A stretch of 31,079 bases of DNA from a virus (IMGVR_UViG_3300024058_000006:1-31079), one strand, 5' to 3'. Counted from the first letter of the stretch, positions 1-8,152 are shown. Numbers and translations: made by a program. Notes: generated by a model from the letters alone, not told the origin.

Positions 1-1
1 C

Positions 2-3000
2 GAGAATCACTGCTGGGGCGAGGAAGCGCCCAGCGCGGATACGCCGGTCCTGCCAGCCGACGCGGGCACCGATCTATCAATAAACCTGCCGGAATTTTTC
101 GGCGGCAATGACGCCGGCGGCGGCGGCGGCCTGATCGGCATCCTTACCATATACCCGGGGACCGAAACCCAGGAGCTGTCAACATACCTCGCGCCCTTCC
201 AAATTCCCCAGCCGACCTACCGGGGGACGGTATACCTTACCTGGAACAGGGGCGAGATAGGCCAAAGCCCGCAGCTTCGAAAATTCGATTTTGAACTATC
301 GCGTATATTCGACGGCCTGGCGCTCGCTACATTCCAGCCCGGGGACGAGGTAGTTGAGGAGGGCATGAATCCCATGAACGTGGTGTTCGAGGTCCTGACG
401 AATACCGAGTGGGGCCTGGCCGTGGATGCCTCGCAGATAAATATAATTAGCCTCCGCGCGGTGGCCGCAATCCTGGCAACCGAGGGTAACGGCTTTTCCT
501 GGATATGGGACCGGGTAATGGAGGTGCTGCAGGTAATCCGGCTGATTGAGGAGCAGACCGATGGCATATTGATACAGGACCCGGTAACCGGTATTTTCGA
601 TTTTAAGCTGATCAGGGCCGATTATGTCCCGGCGGCGCTTGAGGTCCTGGACGAAGCCAACGTGGTCGATCTATCGAGATTCGGGCGTCCCTCCTGGGCC
701 AGCACGACCAATGTAGTCAACCTCCAATTTGCCGACCGACAAAAGGGTTACACGACGTCCTATGCCATCGCGCAGGATATGGCAAACATCGATATAGTGG
801 GCTCGATTAATGCCGCCGAGGTGAAGTATCCGGGGGTGAAAAATGGCGCGCTCGCCAATGCGCTCGTGTGGCGGGAATTGCGCCAGCTATCATACCCGAT
901 AGCGACGGGCCGGCTTACCAGCGACCGCTCACAATTCGATCTACAGCCCGGCGACGTCCGCGCGCTATCCTGGTCGGTGATGGGTATTACTCTCCTGCCG
1001 ATCCGGATCACAAAGGTGAACAGGGGTCGTATCCTGGATAATAAAATCGTGATTGATTTCAGCGAGGATATTTTCGAATTTATACCAGGCTCGTTCAGCG
1101 ATCCGGTGGCCACGCTTTGGATACCGCCCGACGACACAGCCTTCGCTGCATTCGCCGAGGTACTAATCGAGCTGCCCTTTAGAATCACGGACGTATCCGA
1201 TACGGGCATAAATACCGTCCTGCTGCAAGTGGGCACAATCGCTGTTCGCAATGGCGGGCAGCACGTGGCTTATAATATTTTTGCCACCGAGGTAGATGCC
1301 CCAGGCCCGGCTCCGGTGCCCACGCTTAATTCAATAATCGATCCTGGCGACCAGGCGCTGTTTTCACCATTCGGCCTGCTCAATGGCGTTATAGATCGAG
1401 GCCAAACAAACGGCTTTCAGGACGCGGTGGGCTTTGAAATTGACGGTGCCATAGATTTAGATTTGGTCGGCAGTACGGACGCCGTCGGGCTGGAGGCCGG
1501 GCAAAATGTGCTGCTGATCGATGACGAAATAATGCTATTTTCAACGGTCGTGGGGCTGGCCGGCGTGTTCCAAATTTCCGACCTAGTCCGGGGTGCGCTC
1601 GATACCATCCCAGCCGATCATGCCAACAACGCCGAGGTATTTCTGTTCAGCTATGGAATAGGGCTCGTGAATAGCCTGCCGAATCCGGACGTCACCAGGA
1701 ATTACCAAGTCCGCAATCAGCCGAGGACGCCATTCAACACCCTGCTTTTCGGCGCGACCGTCCCGCTTGGCATCACCACCGTGGGCCGAGCCGGGAAGGG
1801 ATACCCGCCACGAAATGTGCAAATAAACAACACCGCCCCGGGCGGCGGCTTCTTCCCGGTCGACGCCGGCAGCCCGAGCGGAGCCGAGCTAGTCGGGACC
1901 CTGGCGATCCGCTGGGCCGGCTCGGATAAATTCAGCCAGCTATTTGCCACCGCCTGGGACGATCCGCACGTCGCGGAGGAGGCGGGCGTGGGATTTAGAA
2001 TAGTAATCACCGAGGACCCGGCAGGAGCGGCCACCGTAAAGCTGGACGTTTCGGGCATCCCGGTTGGCGCTACCGAGGGCGCATATAACGCTGTGGGATT
2101 CGCGGACGATACGGTCACCGACCAATACCAGGTCGAAATATCCAGCGAAAATCTCAACGGCGAATCACAGGTGTGGCTAATCGGGCCCTTTGCAATCTAT
2201 GGCTTCGGGTATAAATTCGACGAGAAATTCGGCGGCGATGTTGACGGTTTCGTGGCTATCAAAGCCCAGCTGCCACCAACGATTGATCCGATACCCGGCG
2301 TCACGACCGAGAATATATTTAGGCTTACCGCCAGCGGCAGCTTCGATCTAGACGACGATTTACACGTGAGAATATCATTTCTCGAAACCGGCCAGGCCGT
2401 GGCCCAGGACGAGGATTATAACGTCATCGGTACGACCGGCGGTAAAACATCGATTACCGATTACCTGACCGCTATCGCGAATTTTATAGCCGCCGATTTT
2501 GACCCGCTGAAGGTAGTAACAAATGTGACCGGAAATATCCTGACCGTCAGCAGCGTATTCGGCACGCTCGGCGGATCGGTGCAAAATAATACCTCCGCTA
2601 TCCGCATCGATCTGTTGCAAGCCCCGAGGCCCATCCAAAACGCTATTAATCAGGTGATGCATTTCGACCTTTGGGAGGCCGATACGAGCGCGAAGCCCGG
2701 CACCGAAATATTGGCTCCGGACAATCTATCGGTTTATAACCAAACGGGCGTCGAGGTTAATAAATTGGATCTGTCAATCGTGGGCTTGGCTCCCGAGGAT
2801 AAGGCCGACATTCCGCTCGGCGGCAGCCGGCACGTCCAGCTATTGTGGGGCGGCAAGGAGGTGGCGCCAGGAACGCAGGCCGTCAGCCGGCAGGGCCCGC
2901 TGCGCGATGGCACCGTGATATCGGGCGTCCCAAATACCGATTTATTGTCCCGCATGGAGGACCTGGCGTCGACCGTATGGAGCGAATATATCGAGGCAGT

Positions 3001-3583
3001 ACGCTGGTCGAATTACAGCCCTGTATCGATAGGCGTCGGCAAGGACAAGCAGGACCGGCCCAGCGTCGAGGTGACGATGCGCCCGGGCTATAGAATGGTG
3101 GCCCCGAGCCAATATGAATCGGCTCCAAATAATACGAATTTCACCGGCGTATTCGGCCCGATCCGCCTGCTGGGTAAGGAGCTATTCAGGCCGCGAGGCT
3201 TTGGGGAATTTAACGGCAACCCTCAAGTGGTACGCTTGTCGATGGGCCACTCGCATGACCAGAACGGCACGCCTGAAACGAATATTGTGGCAGGCCAATT
3301 TTATACCGTGATCCTGGACGACGTCGAGTACACCTACACCACGGTCGGCGCGGATGCATCCGACCCGTTTCACTTCGACGGAATATTTGCTGGCCTGACT
3401 ACGGTAATAGATGCCAGCGGGCTGTTCACGGTAATCGCTACCAATACGCAGCTCCGATTTGCGGGCGGGCCTACCTTTATTAAATCGATTGATATAGAGC
3501 GGGATATCGGAAACACCGCATTTACCTTTGACGCGAGGGCCAGCTTTGGCTTAATAATCGATGTCGAAAACCTTATACAATAG
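2..3583 (+). CDS. Central tail / tail-tip (host-specificity J-like) protein, 5'-truncated
   Basis: The frame of ORF 365..3583 stays open back to base 2 (ENHCWGEE...FFGGNDAGGGGG...PTYRGTVYL...). Motifs MNPMNVVFEVLTNTEWGL, GFSWIWD, FKLIRADY and LQPGDV match phage tail-tip proteins. It is followed by a DUF2793 gene. Confidence 0.85.
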   Translation, partial: ENHCWGEEAPSADTPVLPADAGTDLSINLPEFFGGNDAGGGGGLIGILTIYPGTETQELSTYLAPFQIPQPTYRGTVYLTWNRGEIGQSPQLRKFDFELSRIFDGLALATFQPGDEVVEEGMNPMNVVFEVLTNTEWGLAVDASQINIISLRAVAAILATEGNGFSWIWDRVMEVLQVIRLIEEQTDGILIQDPVTGIFDFKLIRADYVPAALEVLDEANVVDLSRFGRPSWASTTNVVNLQFADRQKGYTTSYAIAQDMANIDIVGSINAAEVKYPGVKNGALANALVWRELRQLSYPIATGRLTSDRSQFDLQPGDVRALSWSVMGITLLPIRITKVNRGRILDNKIVIDFSEDIFEFIPGSFSDPVATLWIPPDDTAFAAFAEVLIELPFRITDVSDTGINTVLLQVGTIAVRNGGQHVAYNIFATEVDAPGPAPVPTLNSIIDPGDQALFSPFGLLNGVIDRGQTNGFQDAVGFEIDGAIDLDLVGSTDAVGLEAGQNVLLIDDEIMLFSTVVGLAGVFQISDLVRGALDTIPADHANNAEVFLFSYGIGLVNSLPNPDVTRNYQVRNQPRTPFNTLLFGATVPLGITTVGRAGKGYPPRNVQINNTAPGGGFFPVDAGSPSGAELVGTLAIRWAGSDKFSQLFATAWDDPHVAEEAGVGFRIVITEDPAGAATVKLDVSGIPVGATEGAYNAVGFADDTVTDQYQVEISSENLNGESQVWLIGPFAIYGFGYKFDEKFGGDVDGFVAIKAQLPPTIDPIPGVTTENIFRLTASGSFDLDDDLHVRISFLETGQAVAQDEDYNVIGTTGGKTSITDYLTAIANFIAADFDPLKVVTNVTGNILTVSSVFGTLGGSVQNNTSAIRIDLLQAPRPIQNAINQVMHFDLWEADTSAKPGTEILAPDNLSVYNQTGVEVNKLDLSIVGLAPEDKADIPLGGSRHVQLLWGGKEVAPGTQAVSRQGPLRDGTVISGVPNTDLLSRMEDLASTVWSEYIEAVRWSNYSPVSIGVGKDKQDRPSVEVTMRPGYRMVAPSQYESAPNNTNFTGVFGPIRLLGKELFRPRGFGEFNGNPQVVRLSMGHSHDQNGTPETNIVAGQFYTVILDDVEYTYTTVGADASDPFHFDGIFAGLTTVIDASGLFTVIATNTQLRFAGGPTFIKSIDIERDIGNTAFTFDARASFGLIIDVENLIQ

Positions 3584-3592
3584 GAGGCAGCC

Positions 3593-4225
3593 ATGCCATT
3601 AACCGCACTATTAAATCTCGGCCTGAATTACGACCAGGACGCCGGGACCGACGGCTGGAAGGCCGGAATTGATAACAACCACATGCTGCTGGACGCCTTC
3701 GCGCTCGGCACCGTAATCGATCAGCGAAACGCCCAGCCTGGTGGGCCCGCATTGAGCGACGCGTATATCCTGGGTCCGGCTCCGACCGGTGCTCAATGGG
3801 CAGGGCATCCAAACGAGCTGGCCGTATTCAATGCCGCCACGGCCCTGTGGGTTTTTGCAATCCCGGTGATAGGCTGGGAGGTATTCGACCGGGCGCTCTT
3901 CGCAAATAGGCGCTGGGATGGCACGCGATGGCAGGCCATCGGCCAGGTAATCGTCCAGGCGGCGTCGATCACGATTGACGGCCTGATGTATGACGCCACC
4001 ATCGAGCTAGATACCACAGCCGCGGCTCGCGATGTTACAATACCAACGGACGCCTCCGATGATTTACCGCCCGGCTTCTATTTTCATATTGTCAATAATT
4101 CGGGCACGAATGGCGTTACATTTACGACCGCAGGATTGACGACCCGGGGAATTGCCACGCTGGTAGCCGACCGGGACAGGAATCGGATAGTCAAGGCCAG
4201 CGCTAATACCTGGATTTCAGGCTAA
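3593..4225 (+). CDS. DUF2793-domain tail-associated protein
   Basis: GGAGG RBS. The segment VIDQRNAQPGGPALSDAYILGPAPTGAQWAGHPNELAVF...WVFAIPVIGW is the DUF2793 pattern, and the gene follows the tail-tip gene. Confidence 0.8.
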   Translation: MPLTALLNLGLNYDQDAGTDGWKAGIDNNHMLLDAFALGTVIDQRNAQPGGPALSDAYILGPAPTGAQWAGHPNELAVFNAATALWVFAIPVIGWEVFDRALFANRRWDGTRWQAIGQVIVQAASITIDGLMYDATIELDTTAAARDVTIPTDASDDLPPGFYFHIVNNSGTNGVTFTTAGLTTRGIATLVADRDRNRIVKASANTWISG

Positions 4226-4240
4226 CTACAGGAGCACCCT

Positions 4241-4519
4241 ATGAAGCAGCCCAACAGTAAAATGCACCGAATCCGGCACCGGGGACGCCTTCAATCCGCG
4301 ACCAATAAGCAGCGAATGCTGAACAGGCACACGGTATTGGCGGCTGCGGAAATGAACGCGATTGGTGGCGTATCCGGGGTGACCATCCCCGAATGTATAG
4401 CCAGCATCACCGATAATGCGACCATCAATCCGGTGGGCGTGCGCGATATCCGGGCAGGCTATCAACGCGGCACCGCCCTCGTGGCTGATGTCGAGGCGCT
4501 CGGTATTCCGATTGCATAG
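4241..4519 (+). CDS. Hypothetical protein with Arg/His-rich N-terminus (last gene of tail module)
   Basis: AGGAG RBS at ~4229, 92 aa, co-oriented with the tail genes. Confidence 0.7.
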   Translation: MKQPNSKMHRIRHRGRLQSATNKQRMLNRHTVLAAAEMNAIGGVSGVTIPECIASITDNATINPVGVRDIRAGYQRGTALVADVEALGIPIA

Positions 4520-4603
4520 CGGCGGGACCCTATAGCCGGGGTTGTCTATCCCAGCTGGTATAGCCGGTTTTATCTATGCGATCCCATAGTCGCATTTATC
4601 TAT
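4516..4603. repeat. Cluster of four ATAG-N10-CTAT gapped palindromes
   Basis: Exact copies start at 4516, 4532, 4560 and 4586, in the gap between convergent genes. Confidence 0.85.
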
Positions 4604-4622
4604 GCCGGATCTAAAAATCGTT

Positions 4623-4919
4623 TCAGCGCAAATCGGCCACGTCCCTCGATAGGATCGCCGTCCTCATTTGTCCCACGGACGGGGCATTACCCGCCTGCAG
4701 AATCGCCTTACAAAGCCATCGAAGGTCGGTCCTGGTAAGGCTATAAAACCCCTTCTGGATCGCCACCGGAAATATGCTCGCATGAATCGGCAGCTCCTTA
4801 TCCTGGAGCCATTCCACGAATTGCTCCGCGTCACTATGATTGATATACGCGGGCTTCATTTTGGCCTGCTTCGGCATTAAATCAAATGTGGCCTGGGGCC
4901 TTTCAGAACGGGATGTCAT
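4623..4919 (-). CDS. Hypothetical protein, possibly helicase-loader-like
   Basis: 98 aa, overlaps the upstream gene. The C-terminal APSVGQMRTAI weakly recalls the xPxxxexr motif of phage helicase loaders (SPP1 G39P/lambda P type). The function is inference only. Confidence 0.55.
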   Translation of the reverse strand: MTSRSERPQATFDLMPKQAKMKPAYINHSDAEQFVEWLQDKELPIHASIFPVAIQKGFYSLTRTDLRWLCKAILQAGNAPSVGQMRTAILSRDVADLR

Positions 4920-5256
4920 CGAAATAATCGTCGTCGTCCACCGATTTTAGGGCCTCGGATTTCTTCGCCGGGTATACCTTCGTGTCGTAGCGACTAGTCG
5001 AGCGAACGCCCGGGTCCCCGAAATTGCCCTCCTCCTTTGGCTTTTGAAAGCCGCGGGTATGATCGCCGTCCGCCTTATAGCAGGGCGGGCACAAGGTCAT
5101 ATACGGAGCGCCATTGAAAGGCTTATTACAAGTACCGCAGCGTTGTTCCAATTCGCAAACGTGCCTTTTTTTTGTCCCGGGATCATACGTCGCCCAGCGA
5201 CCCCAGGCGTTCTTTTCAAAGATGATTTCTGCCATACAATATTTACATTCAGCCAT
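4903..5256 (-). CDS. Zn-finger protein with SSB-like acidic C-terminal tail (DDDDYFDDIPF)
   Basis: CKYC...HVC, CGTC and CPPC motifs, a DDIPF terminus, and an AGGGG RBS. Confidence 0.8.
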   Translation of the reverse strand: MAECKYCMAEIIFEKNAWGRWATYDPGTKKRHVCELEQRCGTCNKPFNGAPYMTLCPPCYKADGDHTRGFQKPKEEGNFGDPGVRSTSRYDTKVYPAKKSEALKSVDDDDYFDDIPF

Positions 5257-5520
5257 GTTTAAACCCCTATTTTATTAATGTCGTCCGGTGAGCGTTTGGG
5301 CGCAGCAAGGTCCACAGGCCGGGAATTAAAAAAAAGCTAATCCTGGTCGGTGTACCTCGCCGCGCGATATGCCGACCGGAGCCGCGTCAGTACCGCATTG
5401 CATTGTCCGCCGTCCCGAGGGTCCTACCCAATTGCTAGTCCCGGATGGTCGGCGAATACGGTCCTCACCCGGAATTAATACGAAGCTCGGGTCGCAACTT
5501 GGCGTTTTCCATTCGCAGAT

Positions 5521-5592
5521 TTAGGGCCCGAAATCGTCGGTCAGGGGTTGCAGGGGAGGGTATGGGCGTGTTCTAATTGGCTGCCCGGTCAT
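5521..5592 (-). CDS. Putative 23-aa leader peptide MTGQPIRTRPYPPLQPLTDDFGP
   Basis: ATG at 5592 preceded by CAGGA, with TAA at 5523-5521. The RBS and ATG lie inside the hairpin CGGTCA...TGACCG. Confidence 0.35.
   Translation of the reverse strand: MTGQPIRTRPYPPLQPLTDDFGP
5548..5577 (+). promoter_or_regulatory. Candidate antisense sigma70-like promoter
   Basis: TTGCAG (5548-5553), 18-bp spacer, TG-n-TCTAAT (5572-5577). The -10 is non-ideal. It points into two hairpins that end in a U-tract. Confidence 0.35.
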
Positions 5593-5616
5593 TCGTCCTG
5601 CAAAGATTTCTGACCG

Positions 5617-5657
5617 AAAAAAGGCCCCGCCGGAATCTCTAGCGGGGCCTTGCTTTT
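5617..5657. terminator. Intrinsic terminator/attenuator, likely bidirectional
   Basis: Stem AAGGCCCCGC (5621-5630) / GCGGGGCCTT (5642-5651), with T6 on the minus strand and GCTTTT on the plus strand. Confidence 0.8.
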
Positions 5658-5695
5658 ATACCCCACCACGTGGCTGGGGTCGAGCTATTTCGAAA

Positions 5696-5950
5696 CTATC
5701 GGTTTTTTTGTTCCTCCTCGATAGCCAGCTCCTCGCAAAGGGCGTGGACGTAATTGATCCACGAGCCCGTCCGCCGTTTTATTTCCGGATCGTCGTCGTT
5801 ATAAAACCGGGTTTCCCATCCAATCGGCTCGTCGCAATGCCGGCAAATTGAGCCAGCCGTGACGCGAATAGCCGCGCAATCCCGGTGGGAGCATTCCGCG
5901 CAGGGGCTAAATTCGCTGCCCGTTTCCGGCGGCAACATCCCGGCAGCCAT
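5696..5950 (-). CDS. Cys-rich putative Zn-binding hypothetical protein
   Basis: Start moved to ATG 5950 (TAATG overlap, GGAGG RBS). CAECSHRDC, CRHC and HALC motifs. Confidence 0.75.
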   Translation of the reverse strand: MAAGMLPPETGSEFSPCAECSHRDCAAIRVTAGSICRHCDEPIGWETRFYNDDDPEIKRRTGSWINYVHALCEELAIEEEQKNR

Positions 5951-6234
5951 TACGCGCCCTCCGATTTTTTCCAATGCCAGAATTGGCTGCCCGGGCCGTA
6001 ACGCCATACGGCTGGGCTGGGGGATACCTCGACGTTTCGCAATACCAGCCGCAGGTATTTTTGCCGGAGGCTGGGCGCGAATCGCCGCAGGTAAGGTATC
6101 CTGGTCGCCGCAAAATAAATACGAAACGGCTCCTCGGGTACGTTATCGCATAGCTCGTCGAATATCGCGTCGCCATGATTGCGTAAAAACGCCGCCTGAT
6201 CCGAAAACATTATTTTTTTCATATATAGGTCCAT
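5950..6234 (-). CDS. Hypothetical protein, paralog of 6234..6524
   Basis: Start at ATG 6234 (TAATG overlap, GGAGG RBS). Shares HGD..LCDNVPE...RI.YLR.F...YLR.VLRNV with its neighbour. Confidence 0.8.
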   Translation of the reverse strand: MDLYMKKIMFSDQAAFLRNHGDAIFDELCDNVPEEPFRIYFAATRIPYLRRFAPSLRQKYLRLVLRNVEVSPSPAVWRYGPGSQFWHWKKSEGA

Positions 6235-6524
6235 TATCCGTGGTCCTCCATTTTGCCGGCGGTATCGATCCACACCCAATGATTACCCGAGCGACGTATC
6301 GCAGGGCAATCCTGGGCGGCTACGTTTCGTAGTACGCAGCGAAGGTACACGCCGCGTTGGGGCTCTTTAAATTGCCGTAGATAGCGAATGCGGGCCACGG
6401 CGGATCGTATATTAAAAAGGTCCTCGGGGACGTTATCGCATAATTGCTCCCAAATTTTGTCGCCGTGGATTTCCAAGAAGCGGTCCTGGCCTAGAAAGGC
6501 TACCGCGGTTAAATTGCTTTTCAC
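6234..6524 (-). CDS. Hypothetical protein, paralog of 5950..6234
   Basis: GTG start overlapping the upstream stop, AGGAG RBS, and motifs shared with its neighbour. Confidence 0.8.
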   Translation of the reverse strand: MKSNLTAVAFLGQDRFLEIHGDKIWEQLCDNVPEDLFNIRSAVARIRYLRQFKEPQRGVYLRCVLRNVAAQDCPAIRRSGNHWVWIDTAGKMEDHG

Positions 6525-6763
6525 GATTTATTTCTCCTATCGTCGAGGGCTCCATGCGTGGCGTCGGAATTGCCGCGCCTATCGCCCGTAATATGCCATA
6601 CGGCGTTGATCACCGCGCGGGCGGCTGTCGGCCCGCCTATCTTCATCCGGGCCTCAAAATGCGCCGTGAGGCGTTCCAGGGCCCTATTGTATTGATGGCG
6701 AATAAGAAGGGGCTCCACCGATGCGATAACCGCATCGATGGCGCTATCGGTTGCCCGGGCCAT
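6521..6763 (-). CDS. Hypothetical protein
   Basis: 80 aa, stop/start overlaps with both neighbours. Confidence 0.7.
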   Translation of the reverse strand: MARATDSAIDAVIASVEPLLIRHQYNRALERLTAHFEARMKIGGPTAARAVINAVWHITGDRRGNSDATHGALDDRRNKS

Positions 6764-7287
6764 TACGCGCCCTTTGCGCGGAAAATTACGAGCGCCTCAT
6801 CGATGGGCAGATTATTCAGGATTACCGCGCCCGGGTATTTTTTCTCCATGTGATCGGGGATTAAATGCGCGGTTTCCTTGTGGTTTTTGATCGTGAATAA
6901 GCCGTCTTTGCCCGGCTTGGTAAATATCCAATGCCGGCGGAAATCGGCCTTCATATCTTTCAGGATTAGCGCCTCGGCGATGGCATCGCCAACCATCCAC
7001 TCGAAATCCGGCCCGAATGAATACTCGCTGCCATCCGGGCGCTCTTCGGTTTTCCAATCATCGGCCCGCTCAACTTTGATTTTAGCATCGAGGGCGGCGA
7101 TTTGGGTCGCCAATACGTGCGCGGGCTCATCCCCGGCGATACTCCAATAATTGTCGCATCCGCCGTGGCCGTCATTTTGGCCTTTACAGAATCGATTGCC
7201 ATCGACATATATAGTGGCCTGGTAGCAATGCGTTTCCTCGGAGGCAAATTCCGCGTATTGCAAATTTTTGATAGTAATAATAGTCAT
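6763..7287 (-). CDS. Phage early hypothetical protein (SEETxCYxAxxYxDG...NDGHGG)
   Basis: Start moved to ATG 7287 (MTIITIK), downstream of the leftward promoter/operator at 7321-7341. First gene of the leftward operon. Confidence 0.75.
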   Translation of the reverse strand: MTIITIKNLQYAEFASEETHCYQATIYVDGNRFCKGQNDGHGGCDNYWSIAGDEPAHVLATQIAALDAKIKVERADDWKTEERPDGSEYSFGPDFEWMVGDAIAEALILKDMKADFRRHWIFTKPGKDGLFTIKNHKETAHLIPDHMEKKYPGAVILNNLPIDEALVIFRAKGA

Positions 7288-7320
7288 GGTAATTTTTCCA
7301 ATTTCGTTTTCGGAACTATA

Positions 7321-7431
7321 ACTGTAGCGTACCGCGCGACAATAGCAAGCCATAAAACTACTATTTTTCGCCTGTTTTTCGTCTCTTTTATGCTCGATAT
7401 AACTCGCTTTAGTCGCGTGCGGTGCTACACT
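7321..7431. promoter_or_regulatory. Divergent early promoters, each overlapped by a 19-bp operator
   Basis: TGTAGC-N7-GCGACA (7323-7341, minus-strand -10 TACAGT) and AGTCGC-N7-GCTACA (7411-7429, plus-strand TGnTACACT), in an AT-rich gap between divergent operons. Confidence 0.7.
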
Positions 7432-7464
7432 TAGAGGGTACAAACGAAAAAAGGATTACGCAAA

Positions 7465-7689
7465 ATGATTACATTAAATAATAGATTTGAATACGACCGG
7501 GACCAATGCTACACGAAATTGGAAAACCTCACGCCCAACCCGGTCCACGTATTCGGATACCGCAAAACCGCGAAGGGCTACGAAACATTTGTATATGACC
7601 GCCGCGAAGAGATCGAATACGAAGGCGCGACATTCAATAGCGAAGCCCGCGCTCAATTATCAACTATCGAAAATTCGGAGCAATTCTAA
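7465..7689 (+). CDS. Hypothetical early protein
   Basis: AAGGA RBS, 74 aa, first gene of the rightward operon. Confidence 0.7.
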   Translation: MITLNNRFEYDRDQCYTKLENLTPNPVHVFGYRKTAKGYETFVYDRREEIEYEGATFNSEARAQLSTIENSEQF

Positions 7690-7871
7690 TGAGTAAATCA
7701 ATGATGCAAATGAGTATTGAACACATAGCCGCGCAGCATGGCATTGTGACCCTCGATATCCGCAACAGCGACAGCCTGGATTTCCACGACGTCGGAGTAT
7801 GGGCAATCAAGGAAATGCTAGAAGAGGCTTTTAAAATGGGTCGCCAAACCGCCGACGTAGAGGTGGATTAA
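7689..7871 (+). CDS. DUF6900-like small phage protein
   Basis: TLDIRNSDSLDFHDVGVWAIKEMLEEAFKMG is the characteristic pattern; TAATG coupling. Confidence 0.8.
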   Translation: MSKSMMQMSIEHIAAQHGIVTLDIRNSDSLDFHDVGVWAIKEMLEEAFKMGRQTADVEVD

Positions 7872-8152
7872 TGAAATATTCGCAACCCAAAATGACAGCC
7901 GCCATCGAGCGGAAAATTCACCGCATACGCGGGCTTATGATGAATATCGGCACCAGGCTTGACGAATTGGAAGGCCACGCCGATGGGCTGGGCTGGGGCG
8001 ATTTTGGCGACCTGCACAATCTGGAAGCATATATAGCCCGATACCTTGCCCAGCAAATCCACCCTTGCCATTTTAGCGAGGACGAGGATATGGCGGTCGA
8101 TCTAGTACTCGCCGATGTAGACCCCGAAGGCGAGGCCAACGTACACCTATAA
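7871..8152 (+). CDS. Hypothetical protein
   Basis: GAGGT RBS, TAATG coupling, 93 aa. Confidence 0.7.
   Translation: MKYSQPKMTAAIERKIHRIRGLMMNIGTRLDELEGHADGLGWGDFGDLHNLEAYIARYLAQQIHPCHFSEDEDMAVDLVLADVDPEGEANVHL

Noticed and set aside
116-130. (GGC)n microsatellite as a phase-variation tract
   Set aside because: It is an in-frame triplet encoding a Gly run in the tail protein.
4516-4603. OxyR binding sites
   Set aside because: OxyR uses ATAG-N7-CTAT spacing, and every copy here has N10.
5376-5400. Group II intron domain V or hammerhead ribozyme core
   Set aside because: GAGCCGCG is not followed by the domain V hairpin, the minus strand reads CTGACGC rather than CTGANGA, and there is no RT/maturase.
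6763-7443. 226-aa version of the ORF starting at 7443
   Set aside because: The extension runs through the divergent promoter/operator region; ATG 7287 is the better start.
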